Notes under the pieces: model-generated | Told to the model about the DNA's origin: nothing | Seen by the model: only the letters and a program-made list of their open reading frames with translations | The model's database searches: none | Position numbers and translations under genes: made by a program | Part shown: piece by piece, positions 1-13,597 of the stretch | How positions within the stretch are numbered: the stretch's first letter is position 1 | Layout of the letters: each line of letters starts with the position of its first letter | Origin: Nemertoderma westbladi | Taxonomy: Eukaryota; Animalia; Xenacoelomorpha | Direction: 5' to 3' | Assembly (NCBI GenBank): GCA_032718475.1 | Contig: JAUCBJ010002461.1 | Span: 1 to 64,000, forward strand | DNA: 64,000 nt

Positions 1-7
1 TGAATTA

Positions 8-795
8 CCGGTGTAACAGGAAAATATGCCCCCCCGGGAAATGTGCCCGGGGGGGGCATATTTTCCTAGGAAAAAATGCCCCCCCCGGGCAAATTTCCCT
101 AGGAAAAAATGCCCCCCCTTAGGAAATTATGCCCCCCCTGAATTATACAATAAACAAAACTTATTACTATACTAAAACTTACAAAAATTATACAAAACAA
201 TAAACAGTCACTTTACCAAATGAAGGAAAGGAGCAGGTTACAGAGGCAGGCCTTTCTAACCAAAACAATAAACGATCATTTAACTAATTGAGGGAAAGGA
301 GCAGGTTACAGAGGCGGGATTTTCTAACCAAAACAATAAGCAATCACTTTACCAAATCAGGGAAAGGAGCAGGTTACAGACTTAAAAAAGCTTGGAGCTG
401 CTCGGCGCCCACACAACAACACACACTCGCACTGCTGTTATACCAGTACTTACTACAGTAGCCTACTGACTTAGATACTTCATTATGCTGTTCTACATCC
501 CTTACTGATGCCTTACCTGCTTACCTACCGGCAGACCGGTACCGTACTATTCTTCCAACTATTACAAGTTCTGCAGTTGGTAGATTAAAAGTGGCTACCA
601 GCAGACCGGTATCGTACCAGTTTTCAGACTTTTGAGGGGGGCTAATTTTCCTGAGGGGAGGCATTATTTCCTAAGGAGAAAATGCCCCCCCGGGCTAAAT
701 TTCCTAGGAAAAATTGCCCGGGGGGACATAATATCCTAGGAAATAATGCCCCGGGGGGCATATTCTAGGGGGGGCTGATTTCCTTGTGACACCGG
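8..795. mobile_element. Non-autonomous TIR DNA transposon (MITE) with TA target duplication
   Basis: Left end TA|CCGGTGTAACAGGAAAAT and right end ATTTCCTTGTGACACCGG|TA are imperfect inverted repeats. Both arms carry CCTAGGAAAAAATGCCCCCC-type subterminal repeats; three internal AAGGAGCAGGTTACAGA repeats. Confidence 0.8.
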
Positions 796-1096
796 TACTG
801 TGAAATACTACAATATGGCAGTACTCTGGTACTGCATACTGCTGTACTGCAGTAATGGCAGGTATGGTGTCGGCGTCGGGTCTGAGTGGTTTGAGTTGAG
901 TAATGTGCACTTTCACATCACGTACCCGTATCGGTACGCGGTACCTACTACTGTACTATGTTCCCTGCTAGTAACACATAACCTTCACACAAAGCTTTTG
1001 GACGTTGAGAACATGTCCACTCCATAAACGTCGCCCATACTGTACCAGATTTCAACGTTCTACATTATACAGTCCCGCTCTCAAAAAGCATTCCTT

Positions 1097-1170
1097 TGAT
1101 CAAATATTGATCAAACTTTGATCAAATATTGATCAAACTTTGATCAAATATTGATCAAAGTTTGATCAAA
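1097..1170. repeat. ~11-bp tandem repeat built on the palindrome TTTGATCAAA
   Basis: About 7 consecutive ttgatcaaa units; preceded by a TA|CAGTCCC possible transposon end at 1068-1076. Confidence 0.75.
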
Positions 1171-3285
1171 ATGTGTCCATAGAGTAGCATTGATAGTAGC
1201 ATTGACATTGAAATGACTTTGATGGCATATTGAAATGACCTTTCTGTCTCATATTGAAATGACATTGAAATGATTTCAAGGTAACAGTTTGCATCTCTCT
1301 TCTGCGGCATGCCTTTGTACTTAGATTCCCGCCAAGAACTGGCTTTTGTTAATGGCCAAGCCTCGATGTGATTGACACGGTGGCGGATGGACAGCGATTA
1401 GATTTACAAGGCAGTATTGTGGAAGTGTCAGACTCAGACTGAGTCTTGCAGGGCCTATTATTACACTAACAATAGTTAAGAAAACATCCCTTGGAATATT
1501 TTGAAATTATTAGAGAGAGAGGAATATCCAACTGGCAGTTGTGCTAACATTTGGCTATCAAAAATGGCAGTTGTGGTGACAAAAAAATAGTGGTAACAAG
1601 TTGAGCTGACATTTGATCAGGGACATGTGTCCGACGTTTTGATCGGGTCCCCATGTACTCTTTGTAATGTTAGCACAAGTGCCACTTTGCAATACCTGAA
1701 ATGTGAGGGAAAAAAATCTTGTATCCCTTTAGCGTCCTCTTCTTGAACATTCAAAAATCATTGACTAGAGTTCTGCTAACATGTAATAGTTGTGCTAACA
1801 TCAAACAAATGACACCATCAATATTGATTAAATTTATCTCATGGAATTTATAACACGAGTTGTAGGAACATTAATTGTTTACATGGAGTGAACGGCGATG
1901 CCATTGTTAGAGAAGGCAATATATCGAGCTTGAAGGCGAATATATGTCTGCTGGCCAGACAGTAGTGTAGCTAATGCAATGGATGGGGCAGCCGGACTAC
2001 GGCGATATTGATTTGTGATCTAAATAGGAAGGCCCCTTGCCCCACAAATTCGGGTTCATAATAATTCGGGGTAATGTAAATTTATCTGTGAATATGAAAC
2101 ACTACTGGAGGCAATATTAAGGGTACTCTTTCACTTGCTTCCTTCTCTTGTTTTACGTACAAGGCAAGGGGGACTGGACTCCACACTAACTCCCAGGGAT
2201 GAACACAGTGGATGATCTCATATACATATTATATATTGTGCTGTGCGAGGGCCGTATTTCGATTTTGAATTAATTTTTTGCATTACAAACAAGATTTATT
2301 TATCCTTAATAAAACCAAATAATTTGATGACCATATAGGTTTTTTGGGATGCTGATCACGAACATGACACTCAAAAATATCGTTATTACAGTATCCAACC
2401 AAAATTTCGAAGAAATCGAATTTGGCGTTTGAAATTTTACGCTAACTTGTATTTTTCGTCCCACCAGACAAGCACCAAAAATGATTGTTGCGTTACCACA
2501 AATTATTTTTAACGAGTTGTATCGTGATCAGCGACCTTGAAAATCGGTACAGCTTCAGAATTACCAAACCCAAGGCAAAATTTAACAGTTTATAATTTTG
2601 TGCTATTTGTACTTTTCGTTCTGGGGCACCAGAATGGCACGAAAAATGGGTTTGCTTTACCAGAAATATTTGTAACTAGTTTCATCGTGATCAGCGACAT
2701 CGAAAACCCGTATACCTTCAGAATTATCAAACCAAACACAACATTTTTTAGTTTGACATTTTTTTACTTATAATATTTTGAGTTTGCAGCTATTAGTATA
2801 TAGAGTAGTAGTGTAGTATATAATCTTTTAACGCTTTTTTATATTTTATTTTACGCTTTTGCATATATCAAGCAATGAGGCGAATGTATGTACGGGAAAT
2901 ACAGCACATATAATGCGATGAATGGAAAAACGGCAGGCGGTGATATGAGTCGTGTTGTTAATATGACCCTCCACCCACACACTTATCCGGAGTTCGCCGA
3001 ATATATAAGAAATATTTAATTACAATTTTAACTAATTATATAATCTCGATTACTGAAAAACAAGTTAAGTGTTTCAAAACAGAAAGACAAGGAAGGGTTG
3101 CACTATATGAATGGAAATATCCGGGCCCAGTTGTACTAGACTCTCAACATCTAATTGTTACAGTGTAGTAGTTAGTAATATATTATTGATATTACCATTA
3201 TACTCAAAAATAATCTGACAGGCAACTATTTTACCAAAAATAAACGCCCTTGTGATCCAATTAATATGAAACACGATTTTCCAAT

Positions 3286-3998
3286 GGACTATATAACGGC
3301 ACTTAACTCATTATATAACGACTTTTCTACTGGCTATATAACGATATTCCAACGGACTATATAACGGCACGTAACTCATTATAAAACGACTTTCCTTACT
3401 GGCTATATAACGATATTACAACGGACTATATAACGGCACTTAACTCATTATATAACGACTTTTCTACTGGCTATATAACGATATTCCAACGGACTATATA
3501 ACGGCACGTAACTCATTATAAAACGACTTTCCTTACTGGCTATATAACGATATTACAACGGACTATATAACGGCATTTAACTCATTATATAACGACTTTC
3601 CTACTGGCTATATAACGATATTCCAACGGACTATATAACGGCACGTAACTCATTATAAAACGACTTACCTACTGGCTATATAACGATATTCCAACGGACT
3701 ATATAACGGCACTTAACTCATTATATAACGACTTTCCTACTGGCTATATAACGATATTCCAACGGACTATACAACGGCACTTAACTCATTATATAACGAC
3801 TTTCCTACTGGCTATATAACGATATTCCAACGGACTATATAACGGCACTCAACTCATTATATAACGACTTTCCTACTGGCTATATAACGATATTCCAACG
3901 GACTATATAACGGCACTTAACTCATTATATAACGACTTTACTACTGGCTATATAACGATATTCCAACGGGCTATATAACGGCACTTAACTCATTATAT
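3286..3998 (+). repeat. 68-bp minisatellite (~10.5 units), three TATATAACG sub-repeats per unit
   Basis: ggactatataacggcac recurs at 3286, 3354 and onward; homologous array at 18730-19582. Confidence 0.95.
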
Positions 3999-4014
3999 CA
4001 TTACATTGCATTAC

Positions 4015-4843
4015 GTTGCTCATTGTTGCTCGTTCTTGTACTTTATTATTGCTTGTTGTTGCTCATTGTTGCTCGTAGTTGTTCGTTGTTGCTCATTGTT
4101 GCTCGTTCTTGTACTTTATTATTGCTTGTTGTTGCTCATTGTTGCTCATTGTTGCTCGTTGTTGCTCATTGTTGCTCGTTGTTGCTCATTGTTGTTCGTT
4201 GTTGCTCATTGTTGTTCGTTGTTGCTCATTGTTGCTCGTTCTTGTACTTTATTATTGCTCGTTGTTGCTCGTTGTTGCTCATTGTTGTTCGTTGTTGCTC
4301 ATTGTTGTTCGTTGTTGCTCATTGTTGCTCGTTCTTGTACTTTATTATTGCTTGTTATTGCTCATTGTTGCTCGTAGTTGCCTATTGTTGTTCGTTGTTG
4401 CTCATTGTTGTTCGTTGTTGCTCATTGTTGCTCGTTCTTGTACTTTATTATTGCTTGTTGTTGCTCGTTGTTGCTCGTTGTTGCTCATTGTTGTTCTTTG
4501 TTGCTCATTGTTGTTCGTTGTTGCTCATTGTTGCTCGTTCTTGTACTTTATTATTGCTTGTTGTTGCTCATTGTTGCTCGTAGTTGTTCGTTGTTGCTCA
4601 TTGTTGCTCTTTCTTGTACTTTATTATTGCTTGTTATTGCTCATTGCTGCTCATTGTTGTTCGTTGTTGCTCATTGTTGCTCGTTCTTGTACTTTATTAT
4701 TGCTTGTTGTTGCTCATTGTTGCTCGTAGTTGTTCGTTGTTGCTCATTGTTGCTCGTTCTTGTACTTTATTATTGCTTGTTATTGCTCATTGCTGCTCAT
4801 TGTTGCTCATTGTTGCTCGCTGTTGGTCATTGTTGCTCGTTGT
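4015..4843 (+). repeat. 10-bp-based (CATTGTTGCT/CGTTGTTGCT) satellite with higher-order units
   Basis: Direct tandem repetition; the Cys/Leu-rich ORFs over it are artefacts of the repeat. Confidence 0.95.
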
Positions 4844-6565
4844 GCATTTTGGCACCTACCAACTATGGGAACAGCTACGGATATAATTACGCGTGATATT
4901 TATAATTTACCTGGAGGTATCAGTCCCCCGCTGCTGCTACCACCTCATATACAATAAATACTAATTCTATAAATTAAATATTAGAAGAGCACGAACTCTT
5001 GTTCTCTTAATCAGCCTAATATTTAGCCTTATTCGTATTTCAGATTTGCCAGGAATGGCTATGGCTAATTAATTAGCTGCGAAGGATAAATACAACTTCG
5101 CAATGTGAGAAAGTCAATTTCAGAATTTTCAGTCAGAAAGGCATAACCTGTCATCTGATAACCATCATCTGATAAAACATCACTTAATTCAATATCAATA
5201 TCGGAAAATGTTTTTCCGTTATGGACTCCTATTTTACCTTTAGCAATAGCAATTAATACTTTCGATACCTGGGATATTTCTAGTATCCGTATTTATCCGT
5301 CCCACCAGACATAGTTGCGTTAGCACGAATGATTTTTTACGAGTTATATCGTAGTAATCAGCGACTTTGAAAACCAGTATAGATATTTATAACCAAAGTC
5401 AAAATTTAAGACTTTATAATTTTGTGCTACTTGTAGTTTTCGTTTTGGGGCACTTGAATGGCACCAAAATGGGATTTGCACATACCAGAAATATTTATAA
5501 CTAGTGTCATCCTGTTCAGCGACATCGAAAACCCGTATACCTTCAGAATTATCAAACCAAACACAACATTTTTCAGTTTGACATTTTTTACTTATAATAT
5601 TTTGAGTTTGCAGCTATATATATATATATAGAGATGCTATATATAGAGTAGACTCATACTTTTTGGACAAAAATACAAAAATTGACAGTGGAAAATGTCA
5701 AAATTGAGAAATTCTTTTGTTTTATATACAGAATCATGAATATCAGATAATGGTCCCCTTAATATTAGAAATCAATTTTAACAATGACGAGCCTTGGAAA
5801 AGCTAAAACAAAGAAAACTTGCGATTCTTTGCCTGCCTCTTATGGTGGAATTTCACAAGATGGGTACGATGCAGTGGGTGAAACAAATTGACGGAAGCCA
5901 TTTCAATAATTAGAAAACCGTGACAGACATCATGGTCATATATCATGATGGTATATGACTTCACTTGACTTTACAACACTTGTTATCAATTTAAATTATT
6001 TGACTTGATATCACTTGGTTTTATGACACTTGACTTGACATCATTGGACTCGACATCACTTCATAATTAATGCCTTGATTGACATCACGTAACTTGATAG
6101 TAGTTTGACTTGGCGCCATACGACTTGACATACTGACTTGACATCACTTGACTTGACAAACTTGACTTGACTTGATAATACTTGTTATATTATCAGCCTG
6201 ATTTGTTGATACAGCTCGTTTCCTGCTTGTTTCATCCTCTATGCAAATTTAGGATGTAGGCCTACCTTATAGACATTTCTTGTTTCGAGATATTATTAAA
6301 ATTTGACTCAAAAATCTTTGAAATTCTCATTACAGTAGTACGGCAATTCAATTACTTTAAGTAGAGGACATATTACATTTCGTTTACTCCTCCTGCATCC
6401 TCCTCCTTTACTCTTTGCTCCAGGGAAAAAGCCATAAAATAATATTTTGTTTTATAATTTATTCACCATTTGTCTTACACGTGAAATTACAGGAAGTTTC
6501 CATCATATTTATAATATACTCTATCAAATTCAAATACTTACCAGAACAGGCAATACATATTTAAA

Positions 6566-6810
6566 TACTTGCCAAAACAGGCAAGGTGTATTTATATACT
6601 TGCCAAAACAGGCAAGGCATACTTACATACTTGCCAAAACAGGCAAGGTATATTTATATACTTGCCAAAACAGGCAAGGTGTATTTATATACTTGCCAAA
6701 ACAGGCAAGGCATACTTACATACTTGCCAAAACAGGCAAGGCATACTTACATACTTGCCAAAACAGGCAAGGTATATTTATATACTTGCCAAAACAGGCA
6801 AGGTATATAT
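6566..6810 (+). repeat. 31-bp minisatellite (8 units) containing the hairpin CTTGCC-N6-GGCAAG
   Basis: tacttgccaaaacaggcaagg at 31-bp spacing; homologous arrays occur in all four unit copies. Confidence 0.95.
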
Positions 6811-7111
6811 ATTCAGCCAAATGGAGAAGTATTGGTTTCGTACTGTAGACTATTATAGTCTTCGTGGTTGGAACCTCTCTGCATCGTATTAAATTGAATT
6901 AAGATAGTTTATTATTTTGTAAGTAATATTGTGGTTTATGAATAATTTGACTGTTGACCGTTAGTTACGTAATATAGTGTTTATTGAAGTTTATTTATAG
7001 TTAAGTTTTACGCAGACGGGATCCCGAGAGTGATAATCCCGGTCCCGATGCCGGAAATCCCGCAAATTTGCGCTAACCAATTTACCCGAGTAAGACAGTA
7101 AGAGTAGGACA

Positions 7112-7216
7112 CGAGTCCAGTTTGCCCTTATCCGAGGCGCATCCCATTGCGTTCGTGGGTCACGCATCAAATGGAGAAGTGGGCTTGGACTGGAAGATGG
7201 TGCTGGGCTGCCATAA
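7112..7216 (+). pseudogene. C-terminal fragment of a CRE-like (RLE-bearing) non-LTR retrotransposon captured in the unit
   Basis: Translates RVQFALIRGASHCVRGSRIKWRSGLGLEDGAGLP*, matching the R(L/V)xFAL(L/I)R...C(I/V)RGSR tail of CRE-type elements. Also present at ~12977, ~22671 and 63261-63365(-). Confidence 0.6.
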
Positions 7217-8187
7217 GGCCAGACAGGATAGGAACGTCATATGCAGCAACTAGCTAATTAATCTAATCGCCTCTTCTGTACTTAACTCTATTTTACAATT
7301 TTTAACTGATATTTGTGCTGTGTGGTGGGTTTCTCTATAGTTCTCTACCACTCTACCTATTAATTATCAGTAAATGTTTGTCTCTTTATACTTTTAATGA
7401 ATAGGGTACTATACCATTAATAGTGCCGGTGTGTCGATTTTTGTATTAAATGTTCCAGAATTTTTAGCACCACCCATGAAACTTTCTACTTTTTTATATT
7501 TTATTCATCAAGACATGATTGGAGCAAAAAAATTGTTTTCATGTATTGGGTAACATCCTTTGTTAAAGGTAATAATATTTAGTATTAAATAAATAATTGA
7601 ATAGCATTTATATTAAAAGCCACCCATTTACCCGAGTAAACAATCTAATTAAAATTATAACATTATTATTACTAACGAGGTGTATTCTTAGAAGTAATAC
7701 TATATTACAGAAAGGTGAAAGTTCTTCCTAATAAAATTACAGTTTATTAAATATGAGAAATAAATGTATATTATTATTAAGAATCAGTGCATTAAGCGAT
7801 ATCGAAAGGGGTACATAGATTACACTTTGATTGTTTATTCCTATATGAACAGTGTGAGACTTGATTTGTTTTTGCTGGACTATATGCATGCAATATAAGC
7901 AGCCAGAAATTTGTATAGCAAATTATATTTATATTATATTTAATATATTTTAAGCAATATGCTCTTATGTTTATCACAACATTACAATCTTCATGTTTAC
8001 GAATATGGTAACGAAATTCTCGAGAACCTACTCAAACTATTATTAAATTTTAAGAAAGTAAGTGCAGCTCTTTGTGCACCAAAGATAAATTACGTAAATT
8101 TTTACTTCCAAGAAAGTATATTTGATCGTACCAAGGTTTATTTTGTTGTTATATATAAAGAGGATAACCATATTATTACTTATCCTA

Positions 8188-8528
8188 CCCTCAAAGGCAG
8201 CACACTGCCGCCTTTAACCATTTTCGAAATTTATAAATCTTTCATTTGAACTCCGGGGGCACACTGCAGCCTTAATCATTTGAAACATAATTATTGGCTA
8301 AATTGAAATTAATTTGCATAAACTATGTAATTTAAAATTAATCAAACCAATAGGAATCCCTTCAAGCAATAAATTAATTTTTCTAGACCAGTTTTTCCTG
8401 CACAACACGAATATGAACTCCATTTATCCGCCCCAATAGATATAAGAAAGTTATAAGAGGTTTTAAATAGCTGTCGCCCTGGGAGTCAGGATAATATATG
8501 TAAAGGCGGCACTCTGCCGCCATGAGGG
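8188..8528. mobile_element. Small nested MITE with CCCTC... termini
   Basis: Left end CCCTCAAAGGC(A/G)GCACACTGCCGCCTTTA versus reverse complement of the right end CCCTCATGGCGGCAGAGTGCCGCCTTTA; present in each unit copy. Confidence 0.5.
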
Positions 8529-11500
8529 TTAGGTTATAATTACATAAAGGCGAAACACTGCTACCCTGGGGATCAGGATAATATTATATATATGTAAAGG
8601 TGGCACTTTGCTGCCATGGGGGTTAAGTTATAATTACAGTATTTAAAGGCGGCATTATGAGCATTGTCATGAATTATGAACACGAGTACGTGTCGTGACA
8701 ATACGTGTGATGAACTCGTACCGTGTTGGTACGCAAAGTGTTAAAGGCAAATAGGTCTATGATACAGTTGCTGAAGTTAATGACGTTGTAGCAGGACGAT
8801 CTAGCTGGTTTTCTGCTCTTGTATCTGGGTCAGTACAAAACGAAGACCAAGGACGTACAAAACTAAGAGGTAAAGTAGCGTTAGGTCCCAAAGAGCGTTA
8901 GGTCTCATTGGCATTTAAAGGAGCAGGTTAGTAAAGTAGCAGGTTACATAGTCATAGTTGGGGGAACCAAAACAATAAACGAAAGTTATCACATGTGTTT
9001 CGTACAGGTCTTAAGTTTTTGGGTCTTGTGTATTTGTTTTGTACTCACCCTTTTGTAATTATTATTGCACGCTTGTAGCAAATTCTTATTACCAATCTGT
9101 TGTTCTATGTACTAATACCGTTGTGGACACCCAAGAGTCTATAGATCGGATTAGAGACCAAGTTTATTTTGCAAATTTTTTGACAATAATGCATTAGGTG
9201 CTACGAGATGGGGGAGGCATGATTATACGAGATAGGGTGTTAAAAGATTGGATGTTACGATATGGAATAAAACGAAATATTACAATAATCCTTTTCTTCT
9301 ATTTCGTGAAGCAATGATTCAAATTTCGCGATCGATTCAAATCTCGCGATTCAAATTGCGAGTTAGTAAAGGAGCAGGTTAGCAAAGGAGCAGGTTTCAG
9401 AGGAGTATTGGGGGAACCAAAACAATAAACGTTATTGTTTCGCAGGCTAAGAATACCCACTGGCTAGGAATACTCGCATGCTAAGAATTCCTGAGACCGT
9501 ACATTTACAAAGAAATTGAGCCTGGAAATTGCTTTATCGACCACCTTATAATAAAAATATAATAAAAATAATTTCCCATTCATCATTCATATAATTTGTT
9601 CAACAACTTATACAATTAAAAATTAGTGATATTCGATGTTTCATTAAAAGCACTATAATATAACATCGCGATCATAAATATTCAATTTGTCATTCCCCTC
9701 AATTATACACGATATATGATGTTTCCGGACACCAAGTTGTGCCTACAGTCAAAGAAACTTAATATCAATAAATAACCAAAGACGAAAAAGCAATATCACA
9801 CTCCCTCACATTACCCTCACATTATACACCACACCCCCTAGTGGTAGCACAGGAATTGATGTCACCACAATTTTCAAATAATCAGTCCCACTTGGCAGTT
9901 GTGCTAACATTTGGCTATCAAAAATGGCAGTTGTGGTGACAAAAAAATAGTGGTAACAAGTTGAGCTGACATTTGATCAGGGACATGTGTCCGACGTTTT
10001 GATCGGGTCCCCATGTACTCTTTGTAATGTTAGCACAAGTGCCACTTTGCAATACCTGAAATGTGAGGGAAAAAAATCGTGTATCCCTTTAGCGTCCTCT
10101 TCTTGAACATTCAAAAATCATTGACTAGAGTTCTGCTAACATGTAATAGTTGTGCTAACATCAAACAAATGACACCATCAATATTGATTAAAATTATCTC
10201 ATGGAATTTATAACACCAGTTGTAGGAACATTTCTCCTCTGCAGTTAGGCAGCGAATTCGTGCTGTCTATAAAATATTCTAGAACATTTAATTATTTACA
10301 TGGAGTGAACGGCGATGCCATTGTTAGAGAAGGCAATATATCGAGCTTGAAGGCGAATATATGTCTGCTGGCCAGACAGTAGTGTAGCTAATGCAATGGA
10401 TGGGGAAGCCAGCCTGCGGCGATATTGATTTGTGATGTAAATTGGAAGGCCCTTTGCCCCACAAATTCGGGTTCATAATAATTCGGGGTAATGTAAATTT
10501 ATCTGTGAATATGAAGCACTACTGGAGGCAATATTAAGGGTACTCTTTCACTTGCTTCCTTTTCTTGTATTTACGTACAAGGCAAGGGGGACTGGACTCC
10601 ACACTAACTCCCACGGATGAACACAGAGGATGATCTCATATACATATTATATATTGTGCTGTGCGATGGCCGTATTTCGATTGTGAATCATGTTTTGCAT
10701 TACAAACAAGATTTATTTATCCTTAATTAAATCAAATTGATTTTATGACCATATAGGTTTTTTGGGATGCTGATCACGAATATAACACTGAAATATATCG
10801 TACATTATTGATTAGGGAATTTATGGATATGTACGTGTCAATGTGCGGCATGAAAAATACAAGTAGCACTAATTGGATAATACAAAAATGATTATCAAAT
10901 CAACCTGATTTTATGACATTGTGGGTTTTCTGGGACGCTGATCACGAATATGACACTCAAAAATATAGGATTATCGAACTAAATTCGATTTTTGGCGTTT
11001 GAAATTGTACGCCATTTGTATTTATCCGTCCCACCGGACAAGCAGCAAAAATGATAGTTGCGTTAACACGAATGATTTTTTACGAGTTATATCGTAGTAA
11101 TCAGCGACTTTGAAAACCAGTATACTGTGGATATTTATAACCAAAGTCAAAATTTAACACTTTATAATTTTGTGCTACTTGTAGTTTTCGTTTTGGGGCA
11201 CTTGAATGGCACCAAAATGGGATTTGCACATGCACATACCAGAAATATTTATAACTAGTGTCATCCTGTTCAGCGACATCGAAAACCCGTATACCTTCAG
11301 AATTATCAAACCAAACACAACATTTTTCAGTTTGACATTTTTTACTTATAATATTTTGAGTTTGCAGCTATATATATATATATAGAGATGCTATATATAG
11401 AGTAGACTCAAACTTTTTGGACAAAAATAAAAAAATTGACAGTGGAAAATGTCAAAATTGAGAAATTGTGAAAAATCTTGTTTTATATACAGAATCATGA

Positions 11501-12320
11501 ATATCAGATAATGGTCCCCTTAATATTAGAAATCAATTTTAACAATGACGAGCCTTGGAAAAGCTAAAACAAAGAAAACTTGCGATTCTTTGCCTGCCTC
11601 TTATGGTGGAATTTCACAAGATGGGTACGATGCAGTGGGTGAAACAAATTGACGGAAGCCATTTCAATAATTAGAAAACCGTGACAGACATCATGGTCAT
11701 TTATCATGATGGTATATGACTTCACTTGACTTTACAACACTTTTTAACAATTTAAATTATTTGACTTGATATCACTTGGTTTTATGACACTTGACTTGAC
11801 ATCATTGGACTCGACATCACTTCATAATTAATGCCTTGATTGACATCACGTGACTTGATAGTAGTTTGACTTGGCGCCATACGACTTGACATACTGACTT
11901 GACATCACTTGACTTGACAAACTTGACTTGACTTGATAATACTTGTTATATTATCACCCTGATTTGTTGATACAGCTCGTTTCCTGCTTGTTTTATCCTC
12001 TATGCAAATTTAGGATGTAGGCCTACCTTGTAGACATTTCCTGTTTCGAGATATTATTAAAATTTGACTCAAAAATCTTTGAAATTCTCATTACAGTAGT
12101 ACGGCAATTCAATTACTTTAAGTAGAGGACATATTACATTTCGTTTACTCCTCTTGCGTTACTACTCTTTGCTCCAGGGAAAAAGCCATAAAATAATATT
12201 TTGTTTTATAATTTATTCAACATTGGTCTTACACGTGAAACTTACAGGAAGTTTCCATCATATTTATAATATACTCTATCAAATTCAAATACTTTCCAGA
12301 ACAGGCAATACATATTTAAA

Positions 12321-12665
12321 TACTTGCCAAAACAGGCAAAGTGTATTTAGTATTTATATACTTGCCAAAACAGGCAAGGTGTATTTATATACTTGCCAAA
12401 ACAGGCAAGGTGTATTTATATACTCGCCAAAACAGGCAAGGCATATTTACATACTTGCCAAAACAGGCAAGGTATATTTATATAATAGCAAAAACAGGCA
12501 AGGTGTATTTATATACTTGCCAAAACAGGCAAGGTGTATTTATATACTTGCCAAAACAGGCAAGGTATATTTACATACTTGCCAAAACAGGCAAGGTATA
12601 TTTATATACTTGCCAAAACAGGCAAGGCATACTTACATACTTGCCAAAACAGGCAAGGTATATAT
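12321..12665 (+). repeat. 31-bp minisatellite, copy 2 (~11 units)
   Basis: Same unit as 6566-6810. Confidence 0.9.
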
Positions 12666-13597
12666 ATTTAGCCAAATGGAGAAGTCTTGGTTTCGTACTG
12701 TAGACTGTTATAGTCTTCGTGGTTGGAACCTCTCTGCATCGTATTAAATTGAATTAAGATAGTTTATTATTTTGTAAGTAATATTGTGGTTTATGAATAA
12801 TTTGACTGTTGACCTTTAGTTACGTAATGTGTGTTGCGTAATGTGAGTGTTTATTGAAGTTATAGTTAAGTTTTACGCAGACGGGATCCCGAGAGTCATA
12901 ATCCCGGTCCCGATGCCGGAAATCCCGCAAATTTGCGCTAACCAATTTACCCTAGTAAGACAGTAAGAGTAGGACACGAGTCCAGTTTGCCCTTATCCGA
13001 GGCGCATCCCATTGCGTTCGTGGATCACGCATCAAATTGAGAAGTGGGCTTGGACTGGAAGATGGTGCTGGGCTGCCAAAGGCCAGACAGGATAGGAACG
13101 TCATATGCAGCAACTAGCTAATTAATCTACATCGCCTCTTCTGTACTTAACTCTATTTTATAATTTTTAACTGATATTTGTGCTGTGTGGTGGGTTTCTC
13201 TATAGTTCTCTACCTATTAATTATCAGTAAATGTTTGTCTCTTTATACTTTTAATTAATAGGGTACTATACCATTAATAGTGCTGGTGTGCCAATTTTTG
13301 TATTAAATGTTCCAGAATTTTTAGCACCACCCATGAAACTTTCTACTTTTTTATATTTTATTCATCAAGACATGATTGGAGAAAAAAAATAGTTTTCATG
13401 TATTGGGTAACATCCTTTGTTAAAGGTAATAATATTTAGTATTAAATAAATAATTAAATAGCATTTATATTAAAAGCCACCCATTTACCCGAGTAAACAA
13501 TCTAATTAAACTTATAACATTATTATTACTAATGAGGTGTATTCTTAGAAGTATACTATATTACAGAAAGGTGAAAGTTATTCCTAATAAAATTACA

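Larger units (their letters stand above)
1522..9892 (+). mobile_element. ~8.4-kb non-coding composite repeat unit, copy 1
   Basis: Starts GAATATCCAACTGGCAGTTGTGC directly after (AG)5 at 1512-1521. Highly similar to 16978-24844, 9893-16943 and (inverted) 59891-64000. The copy 1/2 junction lacks ~100 bp present at the copy 2/3 junction. Confidence 0.85.

Noticed and set aside
3286-3998. 68-bp array as a possible CRISPR or iteron array
   Set aside because: Units are contiguous near-identical repeats with no variable spacers.
4006-4957. Cys/Leu-rich ORFs (also 19591-20159 and 25455-25963)
   Set aside because: Open in all three frames because the underlying satellite lacks stop codons; not genes.
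6447-6892. YLPKQAR/TCQNRQG repeat ORFs (also at 12154, 21659 and 63585) and their CRISPR-like look
   Set aside because: A 31-bp tandem minisatellite with no unique spacers and no cas genes, in a eukaryotic context.
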